From NCBI GenBank assembly GCA_963668675.2, contig CAXXMB010000001.1, positions 1,024,001-1,088,000 on the forward strand: a DNA stretch of 64,000 nucleotides, in the 5' to 3' direction. Shown in pieces: positions 9,924-19,935 of the stretch. The notes beneath the pieces are model-generated. The model was not told where the DNA came from, made no database searches, and worked only from the letters and a program-made list of their open reading frames with translations. The position numbers and the translations under genes were made by a program. This stretch comes from an uncultured Desulfatitalea sp. (GTDB lineage Bacteria > Desulfobacterota > Desulfobacteria > Desulfobacterales > Desulfosarcinaceae). Each line of letters begins with the position of its first letter. The first letter of the stretch is position 1.

Positions 9924-10402
9924 GAGTTCACCCGGCTTACGACCGACTGGCGAAGGCGGCCCAGATCGTTTAAGGGCTGGGGCCAGTCTCTTCCGCGATC
10001 GCGCTTGGCCTGGGCAGTTGAAGGAGCATTTGCGACAAAAGGCGAGCCGCCGGCCAGGATCTTGGCTTTGACTTTGCCCTCGAACCAGAGGCCCAGGCGT
10101 TTTAAAAAGGTCTTTTTATCCAGTCTACCCGTTACGACCTTTACTTTGGCCGCATCGACCTGGTCGCGGGTCTCATCTTTTTCTTCATCCAGGGTGGAGC
10201 GTAAAAACGAACGTTGGGGGATCTTGATGTTGTGGCTCTTTCCGGCCCGGTCGGTGCCGAACTCGTTTGTAGCAGCGATGATCACCTGCTCGGAGTCTTT
10301 CTCTCCAAAGATACCGATGTCGACCGATCCGTGCAACTTTTTCACGCGGCGGGCAAACTCCTCCATGCCGCTGTCAGAGATATGGATGTCGGGTTTGATC
10401 AT
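9920..10402 (-). CDS. Tail completion / virion morphogenesis protein
   Basis: IA..NEFGT...IPQRSFLRST...NAPST...K...PL.D.G.LRQSV motifs. Confidence 0.75.
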   Translation of the reverse strand: MIKPDIHISDSGMEEFARRVKKLHGSVDIGIFGEKDSEQVIIAATNEFGTDRAGKSHNIKIPQRSFLRSTLDEEKDETRDQVDAAKVKVVTGRLDKKTFLKRLGLWFEGKVKAKILAGGSPFVANAPSTAQAKRDRGRDWPQPLNDLGRLRQSVVSRVNS

Positions 10403-10737
10403 GGCGTCACCGTCATAAAGCCGGCAATGGTGCCGTGTCTGATGCGGTCATATTCGCGACCATAAACCGTTTCGCTATAGTTGCCGGACTCTGCGGCCGC
10501 ATAGGTTGTGGCCACATCCCCTGTTCGCTCGGATGTGATCTCACCGCCCTTATCCGCCCGGACAATCAAAGTGAGCTTGTGGGCCACCAGGTATCTTTGG
10601 GCCATCTCCTGCTTCTTGCCCCAGTTGGGGCCCACCTGAAGCGCTGCATCCGAAAGGGCGGTATCCCAGGCCTCCTGGGATACCGCAGCCAGCTCGGGTG
10701 CGATGGCTAAAACAGCGCTTTGGGTGGTGTCGGCCAT
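10399..10737 (-). CDS. Head-tail connector (DUF4054-like)
   Basis: APEL...Y.VAH.L...SE..GDV..TY...T.YG.EY pattern. Confidence 0.75.
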   Translation of the reverse strand: MADTTQSAVLAIAPELAAVSQEAWDTALSDAALQVGPNWGKKQEMAQRYLVAHKLTLIVRADKGGEITSERTGDVATTYAAAESGNYSETVYGREYDRIRHGTIAGFMTVTP

Positions 10738-11139
10738 TTACTCCTCGTTGTGCTCCTTATTCTCCTCGATTTTTCGGATCTCTTCTGCTTGGCGTTCGAT
10801 GGCCTCCATTACGGTCTTTCGGGCACCACTTTTTCTGCTGTTTTCCGCTTGGGCGTAGCTTTCCAAAAGCTCCAGGGTCATGGCCCCTTCGATCAGCTCA
10901 ATGAACTCATCGGCGTTGAGCTTTTCAGGTTCCATGGGAACATCCGGCTCTTCGGTGCCGATGGGCTTTAAAAAGGTGCTGTAATGGGCCATGCGTTTTT
11001 CTCCGGCCTCTTTCTGGACGGCGCCCCACACATCGGCATCGATGGTGTTCTGACCGGGGATAAAAGAGAAAGTGCCCTTTTTCTTTCCCAAGACGTAGGG
11101 CATGTGGGTGATGTTGGCTTTTTTATTAACGACGATCAT
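10738..11139 (-). CDS. Hypothetical phage protein after major capsid
   Basis: 133 aa ORF with RBS AAGGAG; acidic C-terminus containing RKTV..AI. Confidence 0.6.
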   Translation of the reverse strand: MIVVNKKANITHMPYVLGKKKGTFSFIPGQNTIDADVWGAVQKEAGEKRMAHYSTFLKPIGTEEPDVPMEPEKLNADEFIELIEGAMTLELLESYAQAENSRKSGARKTVMEAIERQAEEIRKIEENKEHNEE

Positions 11140-11168
11140 CGCTGATCTCCTTTTGAGGTTTAAGGGGT

Positions 11169-11195
11169 GGGCGGCCGTTTCGGTTCAGGCCGCCC
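11169..11195. terminator. GC-rich hairpin downstream of major capsid gene
   Basis: GGGCGGCC-N11-GGCCGCCC; no clear U-tract, so possibly a stabilising or partial terminator stem. Confidence 0.4.
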
Positions 11196-11229
11196 TATCG
11201 CATGATGGCACCTGCTTGCCGTTGCGTTT

Positions 11230-12183
11230 TTAAATCCCGGTGAAAAACAAAAAGGCCAGAGGGTATCTGACCACAACGCCTCCGATGCGAGACTCTCCGG
11301 GCACGATCAGCTCAAGCCCGCGCTCTTGCATCGGGTAGGTTTGAAGCTCCATGGGGATCCTCAGCTCAAAGTTTTCCCGGCTCTTTTCATAGCAGACCGC
11401 CCCGTCTTCGGTACCGCCGGTAAAGGCGCTGGTCAGCTCGGTGTAGAGCGGCTCGATGGTCGAAAGTCCGAATGACTTGGGGTTGTTCAAGATATGATCC
11501 AGGATCGTCGTATCGGACAGATCGCTTCGGGGTGTTGCCGCGATGATGTCGTACTGGGTGCTTGGAAGCAGAAGGGTGTCCGGCTTGTGCACCCCTTTGC
11601 TCTGGTTTTTGATGGTAGAGACCATCGATCGGATATCGGTCATGATCTCGGCTGCCGTTTTGCTGGCCCAGTCCGATGTGCCCCCGCCACCATTGGGAGC
11701 TGCCAGGGTCGGGATGTTGGGATTGTCCAAAAAGCCGGCGATCCCTGTGGTGGGATCCCCATGGAAGGCGATCTGGTGCTCTTTTTCCCGGATTCCCCTT
11801 CGCTGGGCGGCGGCCTTTTCGGTCTCAAGCGATACGCCTGCCATCATGGCGGCTCTGATCTCCTGGTGGTTGTAGCCGACAGAAAGGCCCAGCGATCGCA
11901 CCGCTTGGGTGACGCTCGTACCGTACACATCGGCACGGGGAAGATCCTGGGCGTAGTCAGTGATCACCTTGGCCATGCCCACACGGCCGTACATGCGGTA
12001 GGTAATTGCTTCGGCGCCCGGGTTGTCGCGATTTGATACCGGGATCAAGGCCCGGTAGACGAGTTCGCGCTCTTTAAAGCGATAGATCTCAGCTTCCAGG
12101 GCCTCGAGCTCCCGGGTAATAAAAAGCGCGGCATTCTGGTCGATGGCATCGAGCACATGCCTGACAGCGTCTAATCTGATCAT
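11230..12183 (-). CDS. Major capsid protein (DUF2184 / HK97 fold)
   Basis: 317 aa; G.AK.I.DY..DLP.AD, AF.GD...G..G.L..PN, PDTL.LP and GGV.VRYP.A motifs. Confidence 0.9.
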   Translation of the reverse strand: MIRLDAVRHVLDAIDQNAALFITRELEALEAEIYRFKERELVYRALIPVSNRDNPGAEAITYRMYGRVGMAKVITDYAQDLPRADVYGTSVTQAVRSLGLSVGYNHQEIRAAMMAGVSLETEKAAAQRRGIREKEHQIAFHGDPTTGIAGFLDNPNIPTLAAPNGGGGTSDWASKTAAEIMTDIRSMVSTIKNQSKGVHKPDTLLLPSTQYDIIAATPRSDLSDTTILDHILNNPKSFGLSTIEPLYTELTSAFTGGTEDGAVCYEKSRENFELRIPMELQTYPMQERGLELIVPGESRIGGVVVRYPLAFLFFTGI

Positions 12184-12231
12184 TTTGCTTTCTCCTGGTT
12201 AAAGTAAATTCAAAAGCCGTTTAAATGGCTG

Positions 12232-12714
12232 TTACGGCAAGTTGAGATCCAGAAGGGCCAGGGCCCCGGCCTCGGCGTCGGACACAAACTTGGCCCCGGG
12301 CAGCGCCACCGCATCGGTACCGTCGGCATCGGACCGGAAAGCACCGAGTTGCTCGGCGCCGGCCGCCACAAAGCGGACAAACGCTTCACTCTCGGCCGTC
12401 ACGGCATCTTCCACCGGTACCCAGACGCGGCCCTTTTTGATCACCGACATGGGATCCCCGTCGGCATAGCCTTCGTTTTGCGGCTGGGTGTGGGAGCGAA
12501 GGGTAACTCCCAATCCGACTGGCCCGGTCACCTGGGCCGATGCCGTGGGTAAAGCTGCCTGGCCTTCGGCAGCGCCCTTGGTGACAAAAACGCCGAAGGG
12601 AACAACATCCCCTTGGGCATTTAAGCGCGTTACGATATCGCTGGTACCGATGTCGGCCAGCTGGCCTGCCAGGCCCTTTTCCATGTACTCGTTGACTTGG
12701 GTTTGCATGCTCAT
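12232..12714 (-). CDS. Capsid decoration / cement protein
   Basis: G.AGQ.AD, PFG..V and V.KKGRVWV motifs; directly upstream of capsid gene. Confidence 0.75.
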   Translation of the reverse strand: MSMQTQVNEYMEKGLAGQLADIGTSDIVTRLNAQGDVVPFGVFVTKGAAEGQAALPTASAQVTGPVGLGVTLRSHTQPQNEGYADGDPMSVIKKGRVWVPVEDAVTAESEAFVRFVAAGAEQLGAFRSDADGTDAVALPGAKFVSDAEAGALALLDLNLP

Positions 12715-12753
12715 CTCCTGGGTTGAAATTAAAAAGAAAAGTCTTGCCCCTGG

Positions 12754-13914
12754 CTACTCCTTCTCTGCCAGAGCCTGGCTCTTTTTCATGAACTCGGCCC
12801 GGTGGTCGACCTTGCTTTGTGTTCTGGCCTCTTTGGCGTCTTTGATTACCCGGGCAAGGCCGGCTGTGCCGTTTTCGTTTTCAGCCGCATCGAGCAGCTC
12901 AACCACCGAATCGAACCGGGCGTTGATGTAATCATCGCTGCGATCGTCAGCCTTGAACTCGGGCGACTGCTTCTGGATCACCGCCACCTTGACCTCCTTG
13001 TCGGAGAGCCCGTCGGTGGCAACTTTCACCTTGGTGGCGGTCTCTTCCAGGGCCTTGCGATCGGCGATGATCTTCTGGATCTTCTCTCCGGCCGGATCCG
13101 ATAATTTCGCGTTGTCGACCTTGAGCTTTTCGACCTCTTCGGTGAGGGTGTCGATCTTGGCCTGGTCCTCATCGGCCTTTTTGGTGAGTTCGACGATGCG
13201 GGCAGCCCGCTCGCGGATCACCTCCACCGCTTCGTCGAGCTTGGCGGACAAACGATCTAGGATCCCCTGGGCCTGCTCGGGAACTTCAGCCTCGATGGCG
13301 TCCATGTGAAAGCCGTCGATCTTAAGTGCTTTGCGGATAAACTTGATCATTTTCTTCTCCTCTGGTTGGGTGTCGAGTTTGAGTTTTACGTTGTGACCCG
13401 CCCTTCCCCTGGGCACGATGCTCAGATGGTTGTAGCGGATGTTTTTCTGCACGGCGTCGTAATGCCCCTCGCTGGGGTGCTCTCCGGAGATGGGCAAAAG
13501 TTCGGCATCGTATCCGCAGGAAAGCTCCACATCCTTTCCCTGATCGTGGCGCTCGAGCACGTAGGCCACCACGGCCTTATCCATGATCTTGACTGCCACC
13601 GAGACGAACTCTTCATCGTGGGTGACGTTTTCTCCGGTGATGCCCACGTTCAATCTCCGGTTGTTGTCCACGGTGACACGCCGTTCTTCCGGGTGTTGGA
13701 AGGTGACCGGGATCAATGAAAGCGTTGATAAAGATTCAGGAGCAAAGACCTCTTCTGGGCTTCTAAGCTCTCTTACGGTCTGGCCGCGATCGTCGGTGTA
13801 ATCGAAGACACCGGCACGGGTGACATTGGCATCGCATGTCAAAAAGCCTTCGGGAGTGACCTGGTAGCGGTCGTTTTTGATAGCATCGAGCTTAACAGTG
13901 ATGGTGCGGATCAT
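12754..13914 (-). CDS. Prohead protease/scaffold (DUF2213 family)
   Basis: TPEGFL.....TRAGVF.Y, ELRSPEEVF..ESL, ELSCGY and NIRYNHLSIV.RGRAG motifs, then a coiled-coil scaffold region. Confidence 0.9.
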   Translation of the reverse strand: MIRTITVKLDAIKNDRYQVTPEGFLTCDANVTRAGVFDYTDDRGQTVRELRSPEEVFAPESLSTLSLIPVTFQHPEERRVTVDNNRRLNVGITGENVTHDEEFVSVAVKIMDKAVVAYVLERHDQGKDVELSCGYDAELLPISGEHPSEGHYDAVQKNIRYNHLSIVPRGRAGHNVKLKLDTQPEEKKMIKFIRKALKIDGFHMDAIEAEVPEQAQGILDRLSAKLDEAVEVIRERAARIVELTKKADEDQAKIDTLTEEVEKLKVDNAKLSDPAGEKIQKIIADRKALEETATKVKVATDGLSDKEVKVAVIQKQSPEFKADDRSDDYINARFDSVVELLDAAENENGTAGLARVIKDAKEARTQSKVDHRAEFMKKSQALAEKE

Positions 13915-14094
13915 TTTGCTTTTCTCCTGCTAAAAACTTCTCTTTTGGCAGCCTTCGTTAAAAGCCCCTGAGAGGCCGAATTCAGAGGCCTCTTTTTGGC
14001 CCGTCCAGGTACTCGCGTCGAAACTAGTTAAAAACGTGGTCGCCGATTTAAAAGCGGTTCCGATTATGTTTCTTCTCTTGCCCAAGTAAATCTC

Positions 14095-14991
14095 CTAAGC
14101 CGCTTCAGAAACCGGCACCGAAATGAACTCTTCGAGTACAGGTTCGGCCGTGCAGCGGCACTGAAAATCTTCTCCCGGGTGACCGGTAACAGGCGGATCG
14201 TCCCATCGGAACGTTTTGCCATCATTTTGAAGATGAGTGGCCCGGCTCGCCCCGTCTTTGACCGCCCGCCAGATGTATTCCTCCACCCCGACTTCCTTTT
14301 GACGAAGCTCGGTGAGCTTGCCGTTTAGCTTTGCCACCTGGTCCCGGGCGATGAACTGTGCCCTTCGTTTGGTGATTTCCAAGCGTTCCCCAACTGCCTT
14401 TGAGATGGTGCGCAGGCTGTCGCCGGCCTCGACCCTGGTCATCAAAAGGGTTTGAAGGTCGGTAATGCCCTTATCGGTGATGTCTTTGATCAATGAGACG
14501 TTGCCGGCCACAAAGGCGGAGAGCTTATCGACCAGCCAGCGCTCCTGGCGCAGGACCGGGATCCCAAGGACGGTTGAGAATTGCCGGTCGACCTGGGTGC
14601 GGTTAAATTGCGATACCCGCTCGCCATGGGATTGTGCGGTATCGGCAGCCGCATCCTCGGTGACAACGGCGGCCACGTTCACCCGGATCCCGGCAAAGAC
14701 CCTGCCGATCATCTCACCGTAGGAGACATCTTTACGGATGCTGTGATCGGCGTCGGTGCGAAGGGCTTCGTCTCTTTCTTCGATGATCCGGGGAAGATCG
14801 GATTTGACCATCTCGCGTACCGCTTCGAAAAAAGGTGCAGTGATGCGAAGCAAGGCCCGCTCGTACTCACGCTCAAGGCCATGGGGATAAAGCTGACGCG
14901 GCGGCTTTCTCTTTCTGGGCAGACGGCGTCCGGTACTTTTTACAGCTGCCCGGCGGGCCCGGATGGCGGCGATCTTTTCAGAGGGTGTCAT
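14095..14991 (-). CDS. Minor head morphogenesis protein (Mu gpF / SPP1 gp7 family)
   Basis: RA.FIARDQ..KLNG, Y.W....D...R..H and HPGEDFQCRC.A motifs. Confidence 0.9.
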   Translation of the reverse strand: MTPSEKIAAIRARRAAVKSTGRRLPRKRKPPRQLYPHGLEREYERALLRITAPFFEAVREMVKSDLPRIIEERDEALRTDADHSIRKDVSYGEMIGRVFAGIRVNVAAVVTEDAAADTAQSHGERVSQFNRTQVDRQFSTVLGIPVLRQERWLVDKLSAFVAGNVSLIKDITDKGITDLQTLLMTRVEAGDSLRTISKAVGERLEITKRRAQFIARDQVAKLNGKLTELRQKEVGVEEYIWRAVKDGASRATHLQNDGKTFRWDDPPVTGHPGEDFQCRCTAEPVLEEFISVPVSEAA

Positions 14992-16378
14992 CTGGCACCT
15001 CCTGTTCGGTTTCTCCGCCGTCGCCAGCCGGGATCCTGGTATCCGGATCGATTACCGTTTCCATGCTGTAGCCATCGGGACCGAATCGGGAGACGGCCAC
15101 TTCGGCCGGATCAAGCACGCCGTTTGCGATATAGATCTGGTCGGTCTCGGATACGATCTTGCGGGTCTCGGCCAGTTCCTTATCCGTGGGCTGCCAAAGC
15201 GGCGAAAACTCAAACGACCAGTCCTTTTGCTTGACCTTCTGTTCGGATAGCAGCAGCTCGATAACCCGGGTGACCGGGGCCCGCAGGGTCTTTTCCTGAA
15301 ACGCTTTGACCCCGTCGTAGTAGTCCCGGGTGGTCTCTTCGGCGCCGGCAAGGGTGCCCAGTTGCTGTCCGAATAGCCTCGTCTTGGGAAGGTTCGCTGC
15401 GGCCGCGGTCAAATCCATGAAGGTGGTTAAAAGCTCCACCAAGCCGGTGATGGGCGTCTGGACTTTGGAAAACTCCTCATCCTGGCCGATCAATGACACC
15501 CCCAGGCTGCTCATCTGGCCTACGGCATACTGGATGCGGGCAAAAAGAATATCCTCCTGGCCGTCTGCGATCAGCTGGGCAAGATTGGGGATCTTTAAGG
15601 TCTTGGTGATAAAGTCCTGAAACAACACCGCTGCGCTTTGGATCGATATCCCGAACTGCTTTAGATTCTGGTTGATGGCCACAAAGACCGAATCGTTCCA
15701 GCCCTGGTTTTGAACCCTTACCCGGTCGGGCAGCCAGGCGCCGTCAAAGCGGATCACCCGGGAAGCGTGAACGATGCTCGCCTGGCCGGCGGCCGCTACC
15801 TGGGACGGGTTGATACGGTAAAGCTCGGGCTGCCCGTACTGGGGAGCAAGCGGGTCCTCATAGGTTTTGGCGATGGTCAGCTGCCAGCGATCGAGCACGG
15901 TGAGCGAGGCAACTTGCCTCACCCGGTCGGCTGCCAGGGGCACTGTGGGTTCCTGGCCGTCCACAGCGCCCAAAAGTAGGATGGATCCCCCATAAAGCCT
16001 GGCCATACGCATGGCATCTTCGAGCCGTTCCCACACCAGAAGCTCATCCATGCGACGGTTGATTTTGGCTCCCTGGTCGGCGTCCTCAATGTTCAGCTCG
16101 ATCCCTTCCCGGCAGGCATCGGCCGGAAGCAAGTCCACGATGCGCCGGGCAAGCCAGTAAAAACGATAGAGCTGCTCGAGTTCGGTCTGGTTCAATACGG
16201 GCTCTGCCACAAACCCGGTGCGCTGTAACGGATCCCGCGTGCCTCCGAATCCGCTAAAGGCATTGAAATAGACGTCACGCCGGGGGTGTAACGTTACACC
16301 CCCTGAATCGCTTCGCACCGACTGGGGCTTTTTGGAGCGGGCCTCGAAAGCGTCTATTTTCCGGTCAAGATCCATCAC
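14978..16378 (-). CDS. Portal protein (DUF1073 family)
   Basis: LY...WLARRIVD...D..REG, ARLYGGS, H.SRV.RFDG, P.TRLFGQ and W..EF.PLWQ motifs; directly follows terminase. Confidence 0.9.
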   Translation of the reverse strand: MMDLDRKIDAFEARSKKPQSVRSDSGGVTLHPRRDVYFNAFSGFGGTRDPLQRTGFVAEPVLNQTELEQLYRFYWLARRIVDLLPADACREGIELNIEDADQGAKINRRMDELLVWERLEDAMRMARLYGGSILLLGAVDGQEPTVPLAADRVRQVASLTVLDRWQLTIAKTYEDPLAPQYGQPELYRINPSQVAAAGQASIVHASRVIRFDGAWLPDRVRVQNQGWNDSVFVAINQNLKQFGISIQSAAVLFQDFITKTLKIPNLAQLIADGQEDILFARIQYAVGQMSSLGVSLIGQDEEFSKVQTPITGLVELLTTFMDLTAAAANLPKTRLFGQQLGTLAGAEETTRDYYDGVKAFQEKTLRAPVTRVIELLLSEQKVKQKDWSFEFSPLWQPTDKELAETRKIVSETDQIYIANGVLDPAEVAVSRFGPDGYSMETVIDPDTRIPAGDGGETEQEVPDDTL

Positions 16379-17865
16379 GCCACCCGCCTTCCCAATCGTG
16401 CTGCCAAGCCGGAAAATCGCCCACGAAGCGCCTCGGCCACGGTGGTTTTGGCAGAGGTGCCGGCCTGTACCGAAAGGGATTTGGCCCAGAAGTGATCGGC
16501 ATGGCCGGTGGCATCGGTACGCTCGGCATCGAACCTGAAATGCCCGGTGGTGGTTGCAAAACGTTTGACGCTGTGAAGCGAGCTTCGGATGGTGGAATCG
16601 GCCGGGATCCGGCTGCCGCGGTCCTCAAAGTTTTGCTTTAAGCCTGTGGCCAGGCTCTCTTTGTTGCCCACTGTAAAGGTGACAGCTTCCACCTTGTGCC
16701 GGCCGAACAGGTCCTGGGCCCCTTCGGCAAGCTGGGCCCCGATACCGGTCTCATCGATACAAGCCCTGCGGCACCTTTTTAGCGACAGCATGCTGTGCAA
16801 CACCTGTTCCTGGACGAAAAAGGGCTGGCGTTTTAGTTCGACGACGGCTGCGGTCTGAAGTATCCCGTTGATCTTTTGATCGAGCCAGATCACAGACAAA
16901 TCTTTCTTGCGGCCGATATCAAAGCCGATGAAAAGATCGCCCAAAAACTCCACGTTGGATAAAAGGTGTGTCGGAAGCGCCGGCCGGCTCTGGGTGCGCT
17001 TGTAGACGTCGTAGTTGACCCCAGCGGCATGGATGAGGTTCTCTACCCAGGCGGGCATGGGGTTGAGGCGCACATCTTCTACCGTAGAGATCAGATCGTG
17101 ACTTAAGAAGGCTGTGGCCTCATCGGACGGGATGCACTCAAACTCCTCTTCCCAGGCCTCTTCATCGTTTAGCGCCAAGCGAAGATCGTCGGGCTCGCAC
17201 GGCTTGCCCTCATCGTCCCGTAAGACCAGGCCCATCTTTACCGCCTGGTGGATATCGATAAAGTGCTTGGACCAGCCGCCGCGTTCGCCGATGTGTTCGA
17301 AGTCGGGCCCGTTGAAGCGCTGCAGGATGGGCGCTGTATAGAAAAGCTCGTAGAACTTGTTGGACTTTCCCTTAAAGGTCGAGATGATGCGGATCTTATA
17401 GCCGCGGGTCACCGTGGGAAACAGTGCCTTCCAGATCGCCCGGCTGTCTTTGTGAAAGGCAAACTCATCGAGTAGGATGTGGGCGCTGTGGCCGCGGGCC
17501 GTGTCAGGGTTGGCCGGAAGGCCGATCACCCGCGAGCCGTTCGGGAATATGATCTCCAGTTGCTTGTAGGTTGTTTTATCGTCGGTTCTAAAGTCGCTTT
17601 CGATCTCTGTAACAGCTAAACCGATGGCCCGGGCGTGCATGGCGGCCGTGGCCATGAGCTCTTTGGATTGGCGCTCGCCGGCGGATAAAAAGACCCACTT
17701 GGTCTTTCTCTCGTAGCAATCGAGCACCGCTTCAAGCGATGTGCCGAAGGACTTTCCTCCCTGGCGGGTGATCACGCCGATCTTAAAACGGCTGGTATCT
17801 CCCACCCAGTTTTTCTGGTAGACGGTCAGCGGTATGACCGGCGCTTTTTTAGTCGACAAGCCCAT
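16375..17865 (-). CDS. Terminase large subunit (Mu gp28-like)
   Basis: RQGGKS Walker A, LPANPDTARG, LDEFAFH, G.DIGR..D nuclease motif, IDETGIG and GHAD.FWA. Confidence 0.93.
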   Translation of the reverse strand: MGLSTKKAPVIPLTVYQKNWVGDTSRFKIGVITRQGGKSFGTSLEAVLDCYERKTKWVFLSAGERQSKELMATAAMHARAIGLAVTEIESDFRTDDKTTYKQLEIIFPNGSRVIGLPANPDTARGHSAHILLDEFAFHKDSRAIWKALFPTVTRGYKIRIISTFKGKSNKFYELFYTAPILQRFNGPDFEHIGERGGWSKHFIDIHQAVKMGLVLRDDEGKPCEPDDLRLALNDEEAWEEEFECIPSDEATAFLSHDLISTVEDVRLNPMPAWVENLIHAAGVNYDVYKRTQSRPALPTHLLSNVEFLGDLFIGFDIGRKKDLSVIWLDQKINGILQTAAVVELKRQPFFVQEQVLHSMLSLKRCRRACIDETGIGAQLAEGAQDLFGRHKVEAVTFTVGNKESLATGLKQNFEDRGSRIPADSTIRSSLHSVKRFATTTGHFRFDAERTDATGHADHFWAKSLSVQAGTSAKTTVAEALRGRFSGLAARLGRRVA

Positions 17866-18361
17866 ACACCTCTTCCTTGATGATCCGAAGGGTGTCCGGA
17901 TCGATGTTTTTGGACTTGGTCTTGATGTTCTCTACAGCCCGCTCGGCCCGCTTTTCGATCTCGCGCTTCCACTGGGCCATGGCCACATGGGATCGCTGGA
18001 GCTTGGCCACATCGCTGATCAAACGTGGCACCTCAATGATGTCGGCTGATCCGTCGACCAGGGCTGCCATCACCCGCTGCAAGAGCATCTTGCCCACTGC
18101 CTCTTCCATGGGCATGCCCTGTTCGGTGGCGGATGTCAGTGCCCGGCTCTGGTCTTCGAACTGGACGATCTTCTGGTAGGCTTCGAAAAACTCCTTTCCA
18201 TAACGACCCACCGAGGATCTTGAGATGTCGTATCCTTGGCCCCCTAAAAATGCAGCCGCCTCATCGTAGGTGGCCCCTTCGAGCAGCACCCGGTTGAGTT
18301 TTTTTCGCATCTCGACGGGAAGTTCGGTTTCGATGCGGCTTCTGCGGCGGACGTGCACCAT
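17849..18361 (-). CDS. Terminase small subunit (Mu gp27 / DUF3486-like)
   Basis: RS.I...LP...R..L......G.Y.......G..ISRSSVGRY motif; ends ...I..EVYG. Confidence 0.8.
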   Translation of the reverse strand: MVHVRRRSRIETELPVEMRKKLNRVLLEGATYDEAAAFLGGQGYDISRSSVGRYGKEFFEAYQKIVQFEDQSRALTSATEQGMPMEEAVGKMLLQRVMAALVDGSADIIEVPRLISDVAKLQRSHVAMAQWKREIEKRAERAVENIKTKSKNIDPDTLRIIKEEVYGLVD

Positions 18362-18363
18362 AG

Positions 18364-18612
18364 TCAGTCAAGCTCCAGTTCGATGCGTGCGATCTTAGAA
18401 TCCACCTCGAGGAGCTCTCGTTTTTGGCGTGCGGCCTCCTGCAGGTTCACCAGGGCCGCATCCACTTCGATCTCGTTGATGGGGTGAACACTGGCCCCTG
18501 CCAGAAAGTTTCTTGCCGCCTGGATGTTGGCATCGCAGGCGGTGGCCAGCTTCATCTTTTGCTGCTTAAGATCGCTAAGCTCCCCTTTGAGGATCGCTCG
18601 TTCGGTGTTCAT
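18364..18612 (-). CDS. Small coiled-coil phage protein
   Basis: MNTERAILKG...; start overlaps the upstream stop codon. Confidence 0.6.
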   Translation of the reverse strand: MNTERAILKGELSDLKQQKMKLATACDANIQAARNFLAGASVHPINEIEVDAALVNLQEAARQKRELLEVDSKIARIELELD

Positions 18613-18926
18613 GCGCCGGGGCCTTTCTCCCTTACGATGGGACAAAACATGTTGTGTTTGATCTGCTCGACCAATTGGGTCTGGACCTGGGTGTTTAAAT
18701 GAATTATGCTTGATAAATCCGATGCGAGCTTTTCGTAGTGTTTGACTAAATCGACGTTGTTTTCGTAAAAGCGCGTCACCTGGGTCATATCCTGTTTATA
18801 GATGGACAGGATCTTGTCGTAGCGGCGATGATCGACGTACCACATGATCATCACAAGGCCTGGCAGACCTAGGACGTATACGATGCTCACTACCACTGAG
18901 ACCGGAATTCCTTCCAGAAGCCCCAT
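18609..18926 (-). CDS. Single-TM lysis-cassette membrane protein (holin/releasin-like)
   Basis: N-terminal hydrophobic helix then coiled coil; sits in lysis cassette. Confidence 0.55.
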   Translation of the reverse strand: MGLLEGIPVSVVVSIVYVLGLPGLVMIMWYVDHRRYDKILSIYKQDMTQVTRFYENNVDLVKHYEKLASDLSSIIHLNTQVQTQLVEQIKHNMFCPIVREKGPGA

Positions 18927-18930
18927 TTGA

Positions 18931-19485
18931 TTAGCTCCACAGCGTGAAAGTCATGGTGAATGCCATCAATATCGATGGCAGCTGCTTGTTTCCAGTGATC
19001 AGTTGGACGGCTTTGTTTCTGATGCCGCGCTTTTCTGCGCTTCGGCCGATGCTCCAGGTGGCCACTATCCCGCTCCAGCCGACCCAAAACTCGACCGGCA
19101 GCGCCAATGGTTCGAAGGTTATAGATGCAAGCGACGGGTTGGTATCACCGTATTGGGCGATCAGGCTGATCGCTTTTAAAACGAGTGGAACGATACAGTA
19201 GTTAAAGACGATGACTGCCAATCCCACATAGACCACTGTTGGTCTAGCCCTTTTGGTGTAACTGTCGCCCTGAGCAAGTTCGGCCACCAGCACGCGCTCT
19301 TTTGCCTGCAGCTCTGCCCGGATGGTCTCTTCGATTTCGGTGTCGCGCTGTTGAAGGAGTGCCTCCATCTGTAGGGAGAACTGCTGCTTTTCTTCCTTGC
19401 TCAGATGGAACTGGTCTATAATACCGCCCAGACCGTCTACCAATCCCTTGGCGCTTTGGCTGAATATCTTAGAAATCCAGTTCAT
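18931..19485 (-). CDS. Holin (3TM/GTA-holin-like)
   Basis: ID.F..S.EEK, AE....D.Y..RARP, TM segments and GRS.EK motif. Confidence 0.8.
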   Translation of the reverse strand: MNWISKIFSQSAKGLVDGLGGIIDQFHLSKEEKQQFSLQMEALLQQRDTEIEETIRAELQAKERVLVAELAQGDSYTKRARPTVVYVGLAVIVFNYCIVPLVLKAISLIAQYGDTNPSLASITFEPLALPVEFWVGWSGIVATWSIGRSAEKRGIRNKAVQLITGNKQLPSILMAFTMTFTLWS

Positions 19486-19488
19486 CGG

Positions 19489-19935
19489 TTACACCTTATG
19501 CGTGGCTAAAAGTTCGATGTGGGGAAGATCGTGAAAGCGCTGGTCGGTGACGATACCGTCTCCGTCCCAGTCGGCACCGCAGCGGACGGCAATACCCAGC
19601 TCCTCTGCTGTTCGCTGGACGTAACCGATGAACTGGTACCATTGCCCGAGCTCTCGAGCATATGTGGAGGATTTGGGGTCGGGCCAGCGCACGTGGGGTT
19701 TATCGTTGTACCAGGGGGCAACATCCACAGCCAGGCTGGGTACTGCGTTGTGGCAACTCTCCGGCCACTTCACCTTGCTTTTGCCCTGGGCGAAAAGTTC
19801 GTTCTGTCGTTGTTCGGTTCTGTGACCTTCGAGAATGGTGCAATTTTTGGCAAGAATTACTTCATTGAGTAATTCGTACAGGAGCGGATGGCAGGTCGCC
19901 AAGCGTTCGCGGGATGTTTTGCCGAATTTGGGCAC
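19489..19935 (-). CDS. Endolysin, peptidase M15 (L-Ala-D-Glu peptidase-like)
   Basis: FG..S...L..CHP.L, EG.RT..RQ..L, S.H....S.AVD and GADW...D.PHIEL zinc motifs. Confidence 0.9.
   Translation of the reverse strand: MPKFGKTSRERLATCHPLLYELLNEVILAKNCTILEGHRTEQRQNELFAQGKSKVKWPESCHNAVPSLAVDVAPWYNDKPHVRWPDPKSSTYARELGQWYQFIGYVQRTAEELGIAVRCGADWDGDGIVTDQRFHDLPHIELLATHKV

Noticed and set aside
11230..12183. Encapsulin nanocompartment
   Set aside because: DUF2184 proteins resemble encapsulins, but here the gene sits in a portal-protease-decoration-connector head operon.
14978..16378. Anti-CBASS nuclease Acb1 (label often attached to DUF1073 proteins)
   Set aside because: Position after terminase, size and motifs fit a portal; I see no separate 2H-phosphoesterase domain.
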